From Klebsormidium nitens (taxonomy: Eukaryota; Plantae; Klebsormidiophyceae): DNA of 64,000 nucleotides. Numbering within the stretch: the stretch's first letter is position 1; each line of letters starts with the position of its first letter. The translations under genes were made by a program, and so were the position numbers. The notes beneath the pieces are model-generated. The model searched no databases and was not told the DNA's origin. It saw only the letters and a program-made list of their open reading frames with translations. The DNA lies in contig DF237317.1 in assembly GCA_000708835.1 (NCBI GenBank), positions 28,282-92,281 of the forward strand, read 5' to 3'. Below, one piece after another: positions 1 to 12,217 of the stretch.

Positions 1-1373
1 GCTACTTTTAAGAAGTCATCGCTCAGTTATATCAATGATCAATGTCAACAACGTGGTTCGGTGACGTCAACGAAGGCATACGAGGCCCCAGGGGGTAATT
101 TTTTGCACATTTGTTCTACAGCTTGCCAGCTCCTTGAAGACAATGTCGCATTGCGGAAACATTAGAGGTGGGAGCATGTACGTAGCTCGATGCATGTTTC
201 CTTGAGCCTGCTCATGATATGTGCACATCCTCCACAATGGCGGACTCTGTCCGAATTGCAGATTGCGTTGATTATGGATATGATCCATTGCAAGGCCGGA
301 GATAGGCTGACTGATGGACCAGCTTTAAGTTAACTGCAGATCAGGATTTATTATGTACGATCTAAACTGAGCTCCTGTTAGTACGCATATATTTCCAATC
401 ACTCTATTACATTGACCCATGCACACATTGTTTTGTGGTAGACATAGATATGCCGCATGCATTCCTTGGAGAGCGATGCACTGATCAACAGCTCCTGATT
501 CGCTCTCAAACCTTGCACCATGCACCATACCATGTGCGGCCCATGCATGGTTCCGAAGTAGCATACAAATTGGGACAAACCAATTAGCCCTTCGGGGATG
601 AGTCAGATCCACCAGTGAGCAACACAATATTTGTACCTTAAACAACTTGTTTAAGATGATGCTTGGCAGGCATTATCACCCCCCGCTTCACGAACTTCTA
701 GGCAAAGTTCGGAAACAATCTGTGAAGTGGCGTAACCCTTGCATGCGACTAAAAACCTTGATTCAGTGTAAACTAGAGTTGACTCTTTGCCTGTTCATCA
801 GCAGAGTTCTATCGTCGACCAATCTAGCTCGGGGGTATCGCCCGACGACTGCAACATGGTAGAAATGGAGAAGTCCTTGTGATGTTGCACCTTGCCGGAA
901 AAGAGCTGACCGTTGGGTTGTAGATGAACAATCTCTGAAAGCGCCTGCGCCGCAGCAGCTCTTCGACAATTGTCGAAAGCTGTCCTGTAGATGCATGTTT
1001 GACCAGAACGAGACTAAATGAAGGTAGTAGGATTCAAACGTACGTTCTGGCGGACGAGTTCTGGTCAAATGTGCTCTCTGCCCTCTCTGGGACGCCATGC
1101 TTGTTCCCTGCAAAACGTGACGATGTGTCAACAAAGTATATACGTTCCCTCTAACCGATCACCCCGAAGAGCCAAACCGAATTCCCAGTACTACTCGTTG
1201 GCCAGTCTCATGCAACCATCTGGATTTTTGTGTCCAAGAAAGCCGGAACAGTCATCACGGTATTGGACGTGACATTTACCTGAGAAGTAGAAGCTTGTCC
1301 TCGTGCAAGACCTCCTTCAACAGTAACTGGCGCCACAACTGCCCAAGCTCCACCGTAGAATGCTTCGAGCCGC

Positions 1374-3971
1374 TCATGTGGTCCACACTTTGGCAGTCCC
1401 ATCCACAGAACATGTCAGCAGACAGGGCTGGGCCGTGTGAAATGCGAGGCCGGTCACCTGCAGACAGGGGGACAGATTGACTCGTCAATCAAGAGCCAGA
1501 ACCATGTTTTGACAGTGCATTCGCAAGCGAGCAAGCGCCGGAGTGGGCACCCCAACTGACGTACTCGAAAAGGTGACAATAACCGCACAGATCGCCGAAG
1601 TAACACTTTAGAGCAGATTTTTGTCCGGAAAGCAGCCTGGGCTCGGTGTGACCATACCGTGCCAGCGTGTGCCTGGAAGGCGGTCCTGGTGGCCTCCTCG
1701 ACGAGGTCCCAGCAGAAGACTTGGCCGTCTTCGGAGCCGCTCAGCACGACCGCGTCATCGTTGCTGAAGCAGCTGCCCAGCTTGTACGACTGCACAGCAG
1801 AAAACAACCTGAAGTTGAAGCCCTAACACAGCCCAAGCGCCAAATATTTATTCAGTGACGTGGATACAAGGAGCAAGGAATGACCGGATCGGAAGCCTGC
1901 AGTGTGGATATTCAGCAGATGGAGCTACTAGCCTGTTGCCCAAGTGCGGATCAGTCTGGGTTTGTCCACATGAGCTCGTGCTGATGCAGGAGCGTAGGAT
2001 GACAATAAAAAGGCATCATGTCCGCATGAGCTCAGGTTCGTAGGCAAAAACAGGTCAATCTCATTCTGACAGACGGTGGACAAGAGACTTGTTGACCAAG
2101 ATCAGCAGCCACGACAAAGATGACGAAGTAAAAACATGACAAACCCTCAGCTTGGCAATCCTAAGACCTTCTAGCTTCAACAACTACGCAGCGGGCAGAA
2201 TCGAAGTGCTGACCTTGTTTGTGTGCCCGCGGTACTCGTTGAGAACATCCCCCAAGGCCCTGCACGCATGACGAGGCAATGAAATGAGAACCAAGGAGAA
2301 AATCAGCCTCTCATAGTGTTTTTGTTGGAAACACCACCGCAGAACCCAGCGGTGGGGCAGCCACCAGGACTTGCGGTGATTGTCTTACCTGTCAATCAAG
2401 CGGAGGGTGCTGTCCAGGCAGCCTGCCAGGATGCAGTTGCCATCGTTAGAAAGGCTGATGCAAGTCACGGGCTGGCCCAGGTGGTCGCTCGTCACCCTGC
2501 ACAGCCCACGCGCACTGTCAGCACAGGGGCGTTTGGAAGGGCATCAATGGCAAAGACTTCCCTGCAACAAACAACGACCAAGCAAAACGCCAAGACAATG
2601 CAACTTTCAGCAAACGTGTTGATTAGCGAGCGACTTGGCAAGAAGAGTCTGATGAAGCTGCATGTTGACACACGCAATAGCTGGCGCACGAAGCTACTTA
2701 GTATGCATCAAGAAATGTTGACAATCAGTAAAAGAGAGGGGCCACATGGAACTCCGTCGACATGCTTGACCTTTGCTAGCGCAGTGGGTAAGGAACCAGG
2801 AAGATGGGGCAGATGACCACCAGCTGGACCAGATAATGGCTTACCTGCCATGCCGGATATCAAAGGTGCGCACCGTTCCATCGACGCTGCCACCCACGAT
2901 CTCGGATTTGGTCAAAGCAATGGAGGTCACGCTGTCGCTGAAGTGCTCCAAGGACTGTGAAGAAAGACAAAACGGCTAGGGGTAATCATTTCCTCTCAAG
3001 TTCTTCCATTTGTTGCACTTCCTGACTGTTTGCAACTCTCTCAAGCAAGGAGATAAAGCAGCAGTAAGCAAGAAATATGCAGCAAGCACAGACTCACGTC
3101 CAATGCTGACCTGTATGGCATTAGCGCTCTGCGACCTGCAATCCCAAACTCGAATACTGCGGTCGTAGCCCGCCGACACGACCACCGACGATTCATCATT
3201 GAAACAGACGGCATTCACCTGCACAGCAGCGGGAAAGCCAGAACAGAAGAAACAATTAGCACCACTTTCCTCACGACCTGCTCTTGTTCTTTAAATTCAG
3301 CAATTAGAAGGAGCATCTACTTGGTCCCCACTGGTTGACATTCATGAAAGGTGCCGAGCAGGAGGCGCACCTCGCTGTCATGGCCCCTGAATCGCCGGAT
3401 GATCCTCCCCGTGGAAACATCCCACAGGAAGACTTGCTTATCGCCTCCGCAGGACGCCAACCTCCCATTGTCACTGCAAGTAGAGATGGTGTGACTTTCT
3501 AAACTGCAACAAGCAGGCAGCATAACTCTCAAACTTTCCCTCAATGAAGGCCCAACAGATGCGTACTCACCACATATTTGCAGCGGGAACCGATGACTTA
3601 TGGACCAGCAAGGCAAAGAGCTGGGAGACACGCATAGCTTGCTCAAATGTTGTTCTTCCAAGTCATTGTGTTCTGCAGTTCATGCCCATTGTCAATATAA
3701 GTTATAGCCCAAAAGCAAGGCAGAAAAGCGTGGCGTACCTTGCTGCTGCCACGTCTCGCACCTCGTGTCCATGGCCAAGGTATGACTTTATTGCTAACCC
3801 TTTGTGAGGGTTCCAAAGCCTAATCGATCGATCCTTGCCGGTGGTAAGGCAATACTTCCCATCATAGTTGAAGCGCACCGACAAGACAGCCCCCTCATGC
3901 CCCTTGAGAGTTGCCGCTTCCTTTGTCGGAATGTTTGTAAAGCTAGCGGCGGTCATGGCCGCATCTCCCAT
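1374..3971 (-). CDS. WDR83: WD40-repeat protein WDR83/MORG1 homolog (spliced, about 8 exons)
   Basis: Exon peptides join into a 7-blade WD40 protein: LKGHEGAVLSVRFNYDGKYCLTTGKDRSIRLWNPHKG, DNGRLASCGGDKQVFLWDVSTGRIIRRFRGHDSE, VNAVCFNDESSVVVSAGYDRSIRVWDCRS, VGGSVDGTVRTFDIR, LGQPVTCISLSNDGNCILAGCLDSTLRLID, YRGHTNK-SYKLGSCFSNDDAVVLSGSEDG, VTGLAFH...TCSVDGTAKVWTT*. GT/AG borders seen, TGA at 1376-1374. Identity to WDR83 is from recalled family motifs. Confidence 0.92.
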
Positions 3972-4324
3972 CCTTCATGCCGTTCAGATGTGGATCATAT
4001 CAAGAGCGATTGGCAATCTCTGAAAAGTTTCTCAGACTCAAAGGCAAAGCAATGCATTCAAGTTGACTTGCAGTGCAAGCACCTGGAGCGGGTCGAAAGA
4101 GGTACCGGAGCTACGGGTATGGTACCAGGCTCTTATAGGTAATAGGTCTTCTGGTACCCACCTGGATAGACACGTGACCCATAGAAGCCTTTTGATTGGC
4201 TTTGAGCTCCGGCCCATGATCCTGTGGCGCTTGTATGTAATGGATTAGGGTTTGAGGCTGCACAGTCTGATGAGCAGGACCTGTATATGTATTAACGTTT
4301 GGGAAGGCGAACTCTGCAGGAGCC

Positions 4325-7300
4325 ATGCTCAATTCCACCAAGTTCTCCGCTGCAATGGCGTCAGGTTGTACGACCTATCTGGCAGCAGCTTTTCTGGTGG
4401 TGGTGTCTAGGGTAGTTGCCGCCTCGCTTGGTCCCTCTCCTGCTGGAGCTATGGCAGCCAGCTCGTTGCAAGCACATGGAGCGGAGCAGGCTTTGCCTGA
4501 GCAAGCAATAGCTGAGAGTCTGGATGCCACTTGGCCCCAGGTGGAGGCCCAGAGCTGGCCCGATTGCGTTGTGGGGCCTGACAACTACAAGTACATCTTC
4601 CTAGGTATGAAAGCCGATGCTAATCTTACTGGCAGTAGGAGCTGGCTTTGGGCGCACATAGAGATCACGAAAGTTTCCGTGCAATGTGTGGTACAAGTAT
4701 GATTCAGGGACGTTTTAGTGTCGGCTAGTTGGGCTGCATATTGAAGTGGGTATTGCATTCTCCGACGTCACGAAGTGTGCGCTGTACTCTTGCAGGGGCT
4801 GTGCCTGGGGGCACCAAGGAACTGCACATTGACCTGAGGAAGCAGTGGGATGGGGTAAGCAGGCCTAGTCTGCCACCTGGCAGTATTCTAATGAGGCACT
4901 GGCACCCCTGGGCAATCACCTGGAGTGCAATGCCAGAGTGGTGGAGTGTGACACCACTTATTAAAGACTCCGTCTAGAGTCGATTGACAACCCCCCATTA
5001 GCCCCGCCGCTCCCTGCATCACCTGACAAAGTCCAAAACCTCGAATCAGCTTGAATAATCACTGGTGCAGGCTCATTGGAATGTGGCGCCAGCAGCGTCA
5101 GCATCAACCTGCACAGATCAAAGATGACTATTGTCTGCATCTTGCAGGAGTCAGGGCCCATGCTTTGCCTACGCCGAGGAGGCCCCCCTCTCCCATCGAA
5201 TACAACATGTGAGCCATTGCATGATGCTGTCAAGACATCGTTTGCAGTGAGGCCTTCACACTCTGCTGCGACGTTATGATGGGCACACGGTGTGGTTCAT
5301 GTAAAGCTCCAACTGGGCGATTTTATTGACATCTCTCGACAAGAAGTCAGCTCTTGTTTGTTCGTCTGATGAGGACGTTGAGTTTTCTCATGGTATGAAA
5401 GATGAAGAAACCTTTGTGGATCAGATCGTACCCTCAGATAGCCAGTACGTCGTCAAAAGTCTGGGCTTGACAGTGAGCTACTTCGTGGCCAGATTGGCCA
5501 ACATCTGTCCTTACACGCTCTGGTTGGGAAGGACAGCCCCATCATCGCCTCTTTCCAAACAGCTCCCCATCCAATGCAGGGCTGTCTCTCTCGGGAGCGG
5601 CTACTGCGGCTGGCTGGGCGGTCAACAGCAGCTTTGTAGGCGCGTGCGGCCCCTTCGTTGCAGACATGCACCTTGCCCTGTCTGAGGCGCACGTCCTAGA
5701 AGGGCCCTGGTGGCTGGCCCTCTTCACGGACCCATCCGAGACGCGCTTCCAGTCCAAGATGGTGAGGACCTGGATGGCGAACTTTTCTGCATCCCCATAA
5801 GTCACGAAGCCCTCCCGTATCTTGTCTAGAATTGTTAGCGACAATCTCATCTCACAGGTTTCCAGGACAACACACCAGTAGTATGCTTGTCAATGAGCCC
5901 CAATTGCGATGCTCTGAAAAGTCGCTACTTACCTCTTTGATCCCTTCGCTATTATAGATCCAGCGGGGGCCCGTGTATCCCTTCTCCCTCAATGTCACCA
6001 TCGCTGGGTGCGGCAGCGGGGAGCAATGTCAGCAGAACAAATTGGGTTCTCTTCAGGCTGGCGGGGGCCTTGACTCAGATGCCACAGCTTCCCAGGCACC
6101 ACTTCGGCTGGCGAGCAGTCCCCCCTCCTTCGTTGAGGCCATGTTGCAAAACGGGCAGACGCTCTTGTCCACTCTGGAGTCCACTCTCCCCTGGTCAAAT
6201 CCGGCGCCTTCGGCGAGAAGCGATCCCACCGCCGCTGCCCCAGCAGCCACCTCAGCCGAGTGTTACTCTGCAAACCAGTCGTTCCCCTTGTATGTCCCTT
6301 CCCCCGCCACTCTCAACCTCTCTCTCCGCCTGCTGCAAAGCCCGGACGGAAGCCCGTTACCCAACTTCAGCGCTCAGCTAAGGTGGGGTGCCACTCCCGT
6401 TGTCCCCAGCATGGGGGCCCCAGTTCCGGACGGGCAGATCAGCATCCCGTCTGCGGGCCTCCTGGAAGCGCAGGTGCCGAACGCGCGGGCCGGGTGGTGG
6501 TACCTGCGGATCGTTTCTGAGAACGCCACTGGTGATGGGCGGTTCTGTGTGGAGTCGTGGCAATGGGAAGCAATCGGCTGTGAAGAAGGGCGGGCCGGGG
6601 AGCGGTGCGCGTGGCCAGTGACCAGGCTCGGGGTAAGGCCAGCCGGACCTCCTAATGCTTCCTGGTAAGAAGGGGACCCAGTCGACGAAGGTGGATCTTT
6701 GCTGTGAGTTGCTCCTTGCCAGGCTTTCCAATCTTCCAGAGCATCGGGGTTATGCTCGTGGCTCCTTGCTATCCACCTGTCTGCGGAGACTCGAAGGCCC
6801 CCCCAATACAGAAGGTGGGGTATCATTTGATTGTGGCCAAGTTCGCACCGTTTGGCGGTGCAAATAGAAAGACTTGTGTTCTGGCTCACATCTTCGACGG
6901 TCGGCCCGACTCTGTGCTTTTCCGTGTGTCCGTGCAGCGGGTCCTCACCAGCCCCAGCTTCAGTGCGCTGTATCGTCCCACCAGCTGGGCAGACACAGCG
7001 GGAGGCTGGTTCACCGTTCACATGTCCCCGCCGCTAGCCGCCATCAGCCAACGTGCAGTGCAGATTCGTCTGATCAACGCCGAGTCACCGAGTAGCAGCC
7101 TAGTAGCGAGTGGGCGGTGGGCGTATCTGTCATTTCCGATCTCGGACGTTTCGGCAGGTCAAACCCTCGCCGTAGAGGCACGCTGGTCTAAAGACTCGAG
7201 CCCCTCGGGACGAGTGCACTTGTTCTCGAAACTAGGCGCCGCTCCGACGGCGGACGACTTCGACTTCGCAACCTCGTTCAACGGGTCCACGAAAGCCTCG

Positions 7301-10300
7301 AAGAAAGTTGGGGTGGGGCAAGATTGGCCAGCAGACGGTGCCGCGCGCCTGTCCAGGGGTAAGACGGACAGCCTCAGCGTATCGGTGCAGTATCCTGCTG
7401 CGGGTGCTTGGTACGTGGGCCTGTTCTTTGCCCCCATTTTGGAAGACACGTGGCCAGCTGCTTCCGACCCCCCTGGGGAGGTGCTACCTGTGGAGTTGCG
7501 GGTGCGGGTGGGGGGCTGCCCGAGGGACTGCTCGGGACACGGCAACTGTGCGTCCTACTTCGACGAGGGCAGGGCGCGGGTCTGGAGGTGAGACGGGAAT
7601 GCTGTCCCCCGGCCTCGATCCTTCAGTCCTGCTAGAGCGGGGACAAGGAGAATCGGTACCGGACGGAAGCTAAGGCTGGGGCCTGTTGGATTTGCGGGNN
7701 NNNNNNNNNNNNNNNNNNNNNNNNNNNNNNNNNNNNNNNNNNNNNNNNNNNNNNNNNNNNNNNNNNNNNNNNNNNNNNNNNNNNNNNNNNNNNNNNNNNN
7801 NNNNNNNNNNNNNNNNNNNNNNNNNNNNNNNNNNNNNNNNNNNNNNNNNNNNNNNNNNNNNNNNNNNNNNNNNNNNNNNNNNNNNNNNNNNNNNNNNNNN
7901 NNNNNNNNNNNNNNNNNNNNNNNNNNNNNNNNNNNNNNNNNNNNNNNNNNNNNNNNNNNNNNNNNNNNNNNNNNNNNNNNNNNNNNNNNNNNNNNNNNNN
8001 NNNNNNNNNNNNNNNNNNNNNNNNNNNNNNNNNNNNNNNNNNNNNNNNNNNNNNNNNNNNNNNNNNNNNNNNNNNNNNNNNNNNNNNNNNNNNNNNNNNN
8101 NNNNNNNNNNNNNNNNNNNNNNNNNNNNNNNNNNNNNNNNNNNNNNNNNNNNNNNNNNNNNNNNNNNNNNNNNNNNNNNNNNNNNNNNNNNNNNNNNNNN
8201 NNNNNNNNNNNNNNNNNNNNNNNNNNNNNNNNNNNNNNNNNNNNNNNNNNNNNNNNNNNNNNNNNNNNNNNNNNNNNNNNNNNNNNNNNNNNNNNNNNNN
8301 NNNNNNNNNNNNNNNNNNNNNNNNNNNNNNNNNNNNNNNNNNNNNNNNNNNNNNNNNNNNNNNNNNNNNNNNNNNNNNNNNNNNNNNNNNNNNNNNNNGG
8401 AAGCTAAGGCTGGGGCCTGTTGGATTTGCGGGCATGTCAACCCAAAGCTGGACCTCTCTGGCTCTTGAGCGTCAGATCCTGTGGGAGTGGTTATCCGACG
8501 GCTGTGATCTGCGCATCCCGGGTTAGGGTTTCAAACGCACCTCATACCGTCGGATGCTGTGTTGCTGACATTTGAACGGCCGATAGCAGACAAGAAGAGA
8601 TAGCAACCTAAGGCTGACGTCACTGTTGAGGGTTCCAACAGCCCCTAGCCTTAGCTTCCGTCCGGTACCGATTCTCCTTGTCTCCGCTCTGCTAGTAGTT
8701 AGAGGAGAAAGCCTTGTCAAAGTGACGTACACGATAGGCGGCTAGGATGATGCAAGTAGGTTGGCACATCACAACCGTTTTCGATTGTTATCAATTTCCT
8801 GGAAGCCGGAAGAGACATGCTTTGTCACTCGTCAACATCCCTCCCGCTGGTTCTCGTGCAGCACGTGCGAGTGCGACCGGACGCACGGCGGCGTGGACTG
8901 CTCGGTGGAGGTGCTGTTCCCCGACCAGGAGTCGCGGCACGTGCTGGCCCTCACGTTGTCCAACGCGGCCGCCATCCCTGCGGCAGGCTGGGCCTTCACG
9001 CACCAGGTCAGGACAGCCGCATAACTACTACGTGCAGAGAGACGGAAATATAGTCAGCTGTTGGAGAGGAAGAGAAGTTTCACAGCCAAGCAAGGACTCG
9101 GGCAAGCTGACGAACGAAAACCTCTTCGTTACTTGACACGTGTGTTCCTACAGACGTCAGTCCGAGTCTAGACTCCTGTGTTGCAAACGTCCATCTGCCC
9201 GTATCGCGTGTCGTGCAGGCGTACCCCGAGTGGATCGTGTTCACGTGCGGCGGCCTGGCCAGTGCGGTGTACCACATGTGCGATGCCGGCAGCACCTGCC
9301 TCGCGCAGTACGGCACTCTCCAGGTAACCGCGGCCCCGCCCACCTCTTTTGCGCCTGCCGTCGAGTGTGCTCTGTACAACTCTCATAGGAGGTGCACGCT
9401 TCCTGAGGGATCCGCTTGGGCATCTAATGTTTGTTCGCCATCACGCTTACCATGTCTGCTCCTTACTTTGCCAATCTGCATTTCTTGACCTCAGCCAGGG
9501 ATCACAGTCTCCGTTCTTGCACCCGCCTCGCTGCCCTGTTCCCACGCCTCACCTCCTCCATTCGCCACCCCCCTGCAGTTCGCCGACTTTTTGCTGTCCT
9601 TCCTGGCGGTGGTCCTGACGTGCCTGCACCTGGCCCCGCTGCCGCCCCGCGCCACCGCGCCCGCGCAGCTGAGCGCCACGCTGCTGCTTGCGCTGGTCGC
9701 CAAGGACAACGCCACCAGGTGATGCCTCCCATTTAACCGCCTCAGAACAACGCTCATTCCTTGCAAAGTAGACTCCGACGTCTAATTCGTGTGAACATCG
9801 TAATATTCAGCGAGGACCTTCTCAAAGCTGGTCCGGTTGATTCAGATATACGATGCAGTTGAGAAGCCGATTGCGCCAAACGACAAGCCCGTTCTTTGGG
9901 AGGGTCAACAGTAACGCTGCTGTGGTTGCGCAGCGGGTGGAGTCTGGTCATTGTTGCCGCTTTGGGTGCGCTAGCGCTCGCGCTGGGTTGGGGGCTTGAG
10001 GCGGGGATGCACAGAAAGCGACAGCCGGACGGGCCACACCAGTCTTGGGGCGCCCACATGCGCCACGTGTTGGAAGCCAAGTGGTTGCGGTAAGTACGGC
10101 CCCTGATCTCTGAAAACCTAGACCGGCCGCAGAAGCGATCTGCTTTCTCCTTTCAGCGGAGACTCTGGCATCTGGCGTTTGAACCTTGAGTGCTTGGTGT
10201 GAGAATTACGTGTGTGGAGCCCAGCTTAAAGCCAACACCTCATTCATGCAACGTCCACCTTTCACGGGGAATCAAGCGTGCTAGAATGTTAGGAACTCCT

Positions 10301-11080
10301 CTTTTCTCCCCGTGTCAAAGCTGTTTCCATCGGTGCAGCTGCGTGGCGCTCCCAACCACAGCGCCCGCTTTGGTGCGGTGGTTTGGGCGGCGCTACCGGT
10401 GGCCGTACCTGGTGGGCGGGCTAGCCATGCTGGGCCTCGCGGCCGCGGCGTGGGCCTTCGAGTCTGGGCCAACCTACTGGTTCTGGCACAGGTGATGTCG
10501 CTCAATACGCACGGGTATCTCACCTTTGCCCTTACCGCCTTCTCTTCTTGGCTGAGGGATTGCACATGCTAACTCATCGCCTGAACCCAGACTGGTTCGA
10601 GCGAAATTGATCGGTTCAAGCTGGGAGCACGAAGACTACAATTGAGTTGGTAGGTGTCTAAACATGCGTTCGCGTGGATTGGATACGAACTGCGGTCGCG
10701 TTTTGAAAGCTCGTGTTAGATCCTTGAAGGTGCAGTGGTAAACAAGGATAGCGACACTCCCGACGTCAGTTGGTTGGATGTGGCAGCTCAAAAATGACGG
10801 CAACCGGCTTTGGGGCTCCGTTCCCAGGTGGCTCATTGCTGACCCGTGCGCCCTTTTTGTATGCAGCCTGTGGCACGTGGCCATCTTCATGTGCCCCTTT
10901 TTCCTGCTTAGCGCCACGACGGCCCCGCAGGACGCACGGGGAAGCGCGGCCGCGCAGGGTTATGCGGCGGTGCTGGACGAGGAGACGGACCAGTGTGCAG
11001 ACGTGGAAGAGCGGGAACTGAGAGTGGTGGTGGAGCCTCCGCGTTCCTCATTACCGGCAGGGGAAGGGCTCAGCTCCTGA
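4325..11080 (+). CDS. TMEM8/PGAP6/myomaker-family (DUF3522, CREST superfamily) membrane protein with signal peptide, large ectodomain and EGF-like motifs
   Basis: N-terminal hydrophobic signal (YLAAAFLVVVSRVVAA). EGF-like GGCPRDCSGHGNC...TCECDRTHGGVDCS joined across the 7589-8860 intron. TM region with LTLSNAAAIPA, ASAVYHMCD, FADFLLSFLAVV and a spliced WFWHSLWH motif. Stop TGA at 11078-11080. The start could be Met 4325 or 4355, and some ectodomain exon borders are approximate. Confidence 0.85.
7699..8398. other. Assembly gap (700 N) flanked by an identical 34-bp direct duplication
   Basis: ggaagctaaggctggggcctgttggatttgcggg occurs at 7665-7698 and again at 8399-8432, suggesting overlapping contig ends. 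The TMEM8 exons on either side splice in frame, so no exon appears to be missing. Confidence 0.9.
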
Positions 11081-12217
11081 ATGTAACTTACAGTCAAAAG
11101 TTCGTGCGAGGCGGCCAGGTATGAAAAGCCCATATTGCGAGATCAAAAAATGCTGATCCTTGAAGGCATCCTTGAAGGAGCGTCACACGAGCAAGAGCGC
11201 TGGTGGCGAAATGTTCACTAACTGCTGTACAGTATTGCAAGCTTAAGTTACTGGATCCAAGGATCCCGCCCGCATTAGTAAGCCAACTCCTTCGAGCAAC
11301 GTGAACGAAAGAGCTATACGTCAAAGTATACACGATTGCAGTTTAGCTCAGGCCTGTGCAGTGCGGCAATCAGCATACAAGAGAGCTGTTCTGAAAGTGG
11401 TTCTTTTCTTTTGGTGGACACTGCATGGTGAGCCGGTAGGATTTCCTACGAGCCTCGTATGCTGGCATGCTCCGAACATTTGTCAACGCGTCATATCAGC
11501 TGAATGGGCTTGGTCCATTGCTTCCGACCAAACGGCTTTTCGTCTTTCGTCTCGCTGTTTGTATGTGCTCTTGCCTACCCAGTTGTTTTTCGAGCGACTA
11601 TGGCCGTCTGCCAGACTATAAAGGCGAGTGGCTGGGCTACCCATACTTTCCGGCCCGCACCTCGTGGGGGCTCTGCCTGATCTTTCGCAGAGCGGGTCTT
11701 ACTAAAGCATTAGATGAATGCATGCATTCAGTTATCGCAGCCTGACGCGCAGCGCGGCATGTCTGCATCTGGCACCAACGAGCGCGTGCGGGCACGCACA
11801 TGTGATCCGATCAATCATCATTGCGCGGGCCATACTGCAAGTGGCATCCGGCACGTGCTGAAAACATACTTAAGCTAGAAAGTTACGCACCTTCGCATGC
11901 GTCATCACGAATGAAAGTATACATGCCAGGAAGTACTTTCATGACCTGTGAGTAAGGCATGGAAGGAGGTACGCGGCGTCGCCGGTCCCAAATCGTGAAT
12001 TGTGCGTATACTGAACTTAGTATCTCATGGATGTTCAGCATTCATACACGACAACTTGCCAGTTTGGACCGGGCCTGCCCTCACCTCGCAAACAGACACT
12101 CATATCACAGCATGCTGATACAAAGCTGATGTTGCGGACCATACAACACCGTCTGTGTTGGGAAGATTGTGCGTGCCAAGCTCAGGCTGAAAAAGCCCTT
12201 GTCACGGACATGGCACG

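Noticed and set aside
588-597. cccttcgggg resembling the U6 snRNA 5' stem-loop
   Set aside because: The downstream sequence lacks the U6 ACAGAGA box and the rest of U6.
67-1272. Short ORFs at the window start
   Set aside because: No recognisable motifs or consistent exon chain. Probably 3' UTR or intergenic, although a terminal exon of an upstream gene cannot be excluded.
7632-8468. Long ORFs of 256-267 aa
   Set aside because: They consist almost entirely of X residues from the N gap.
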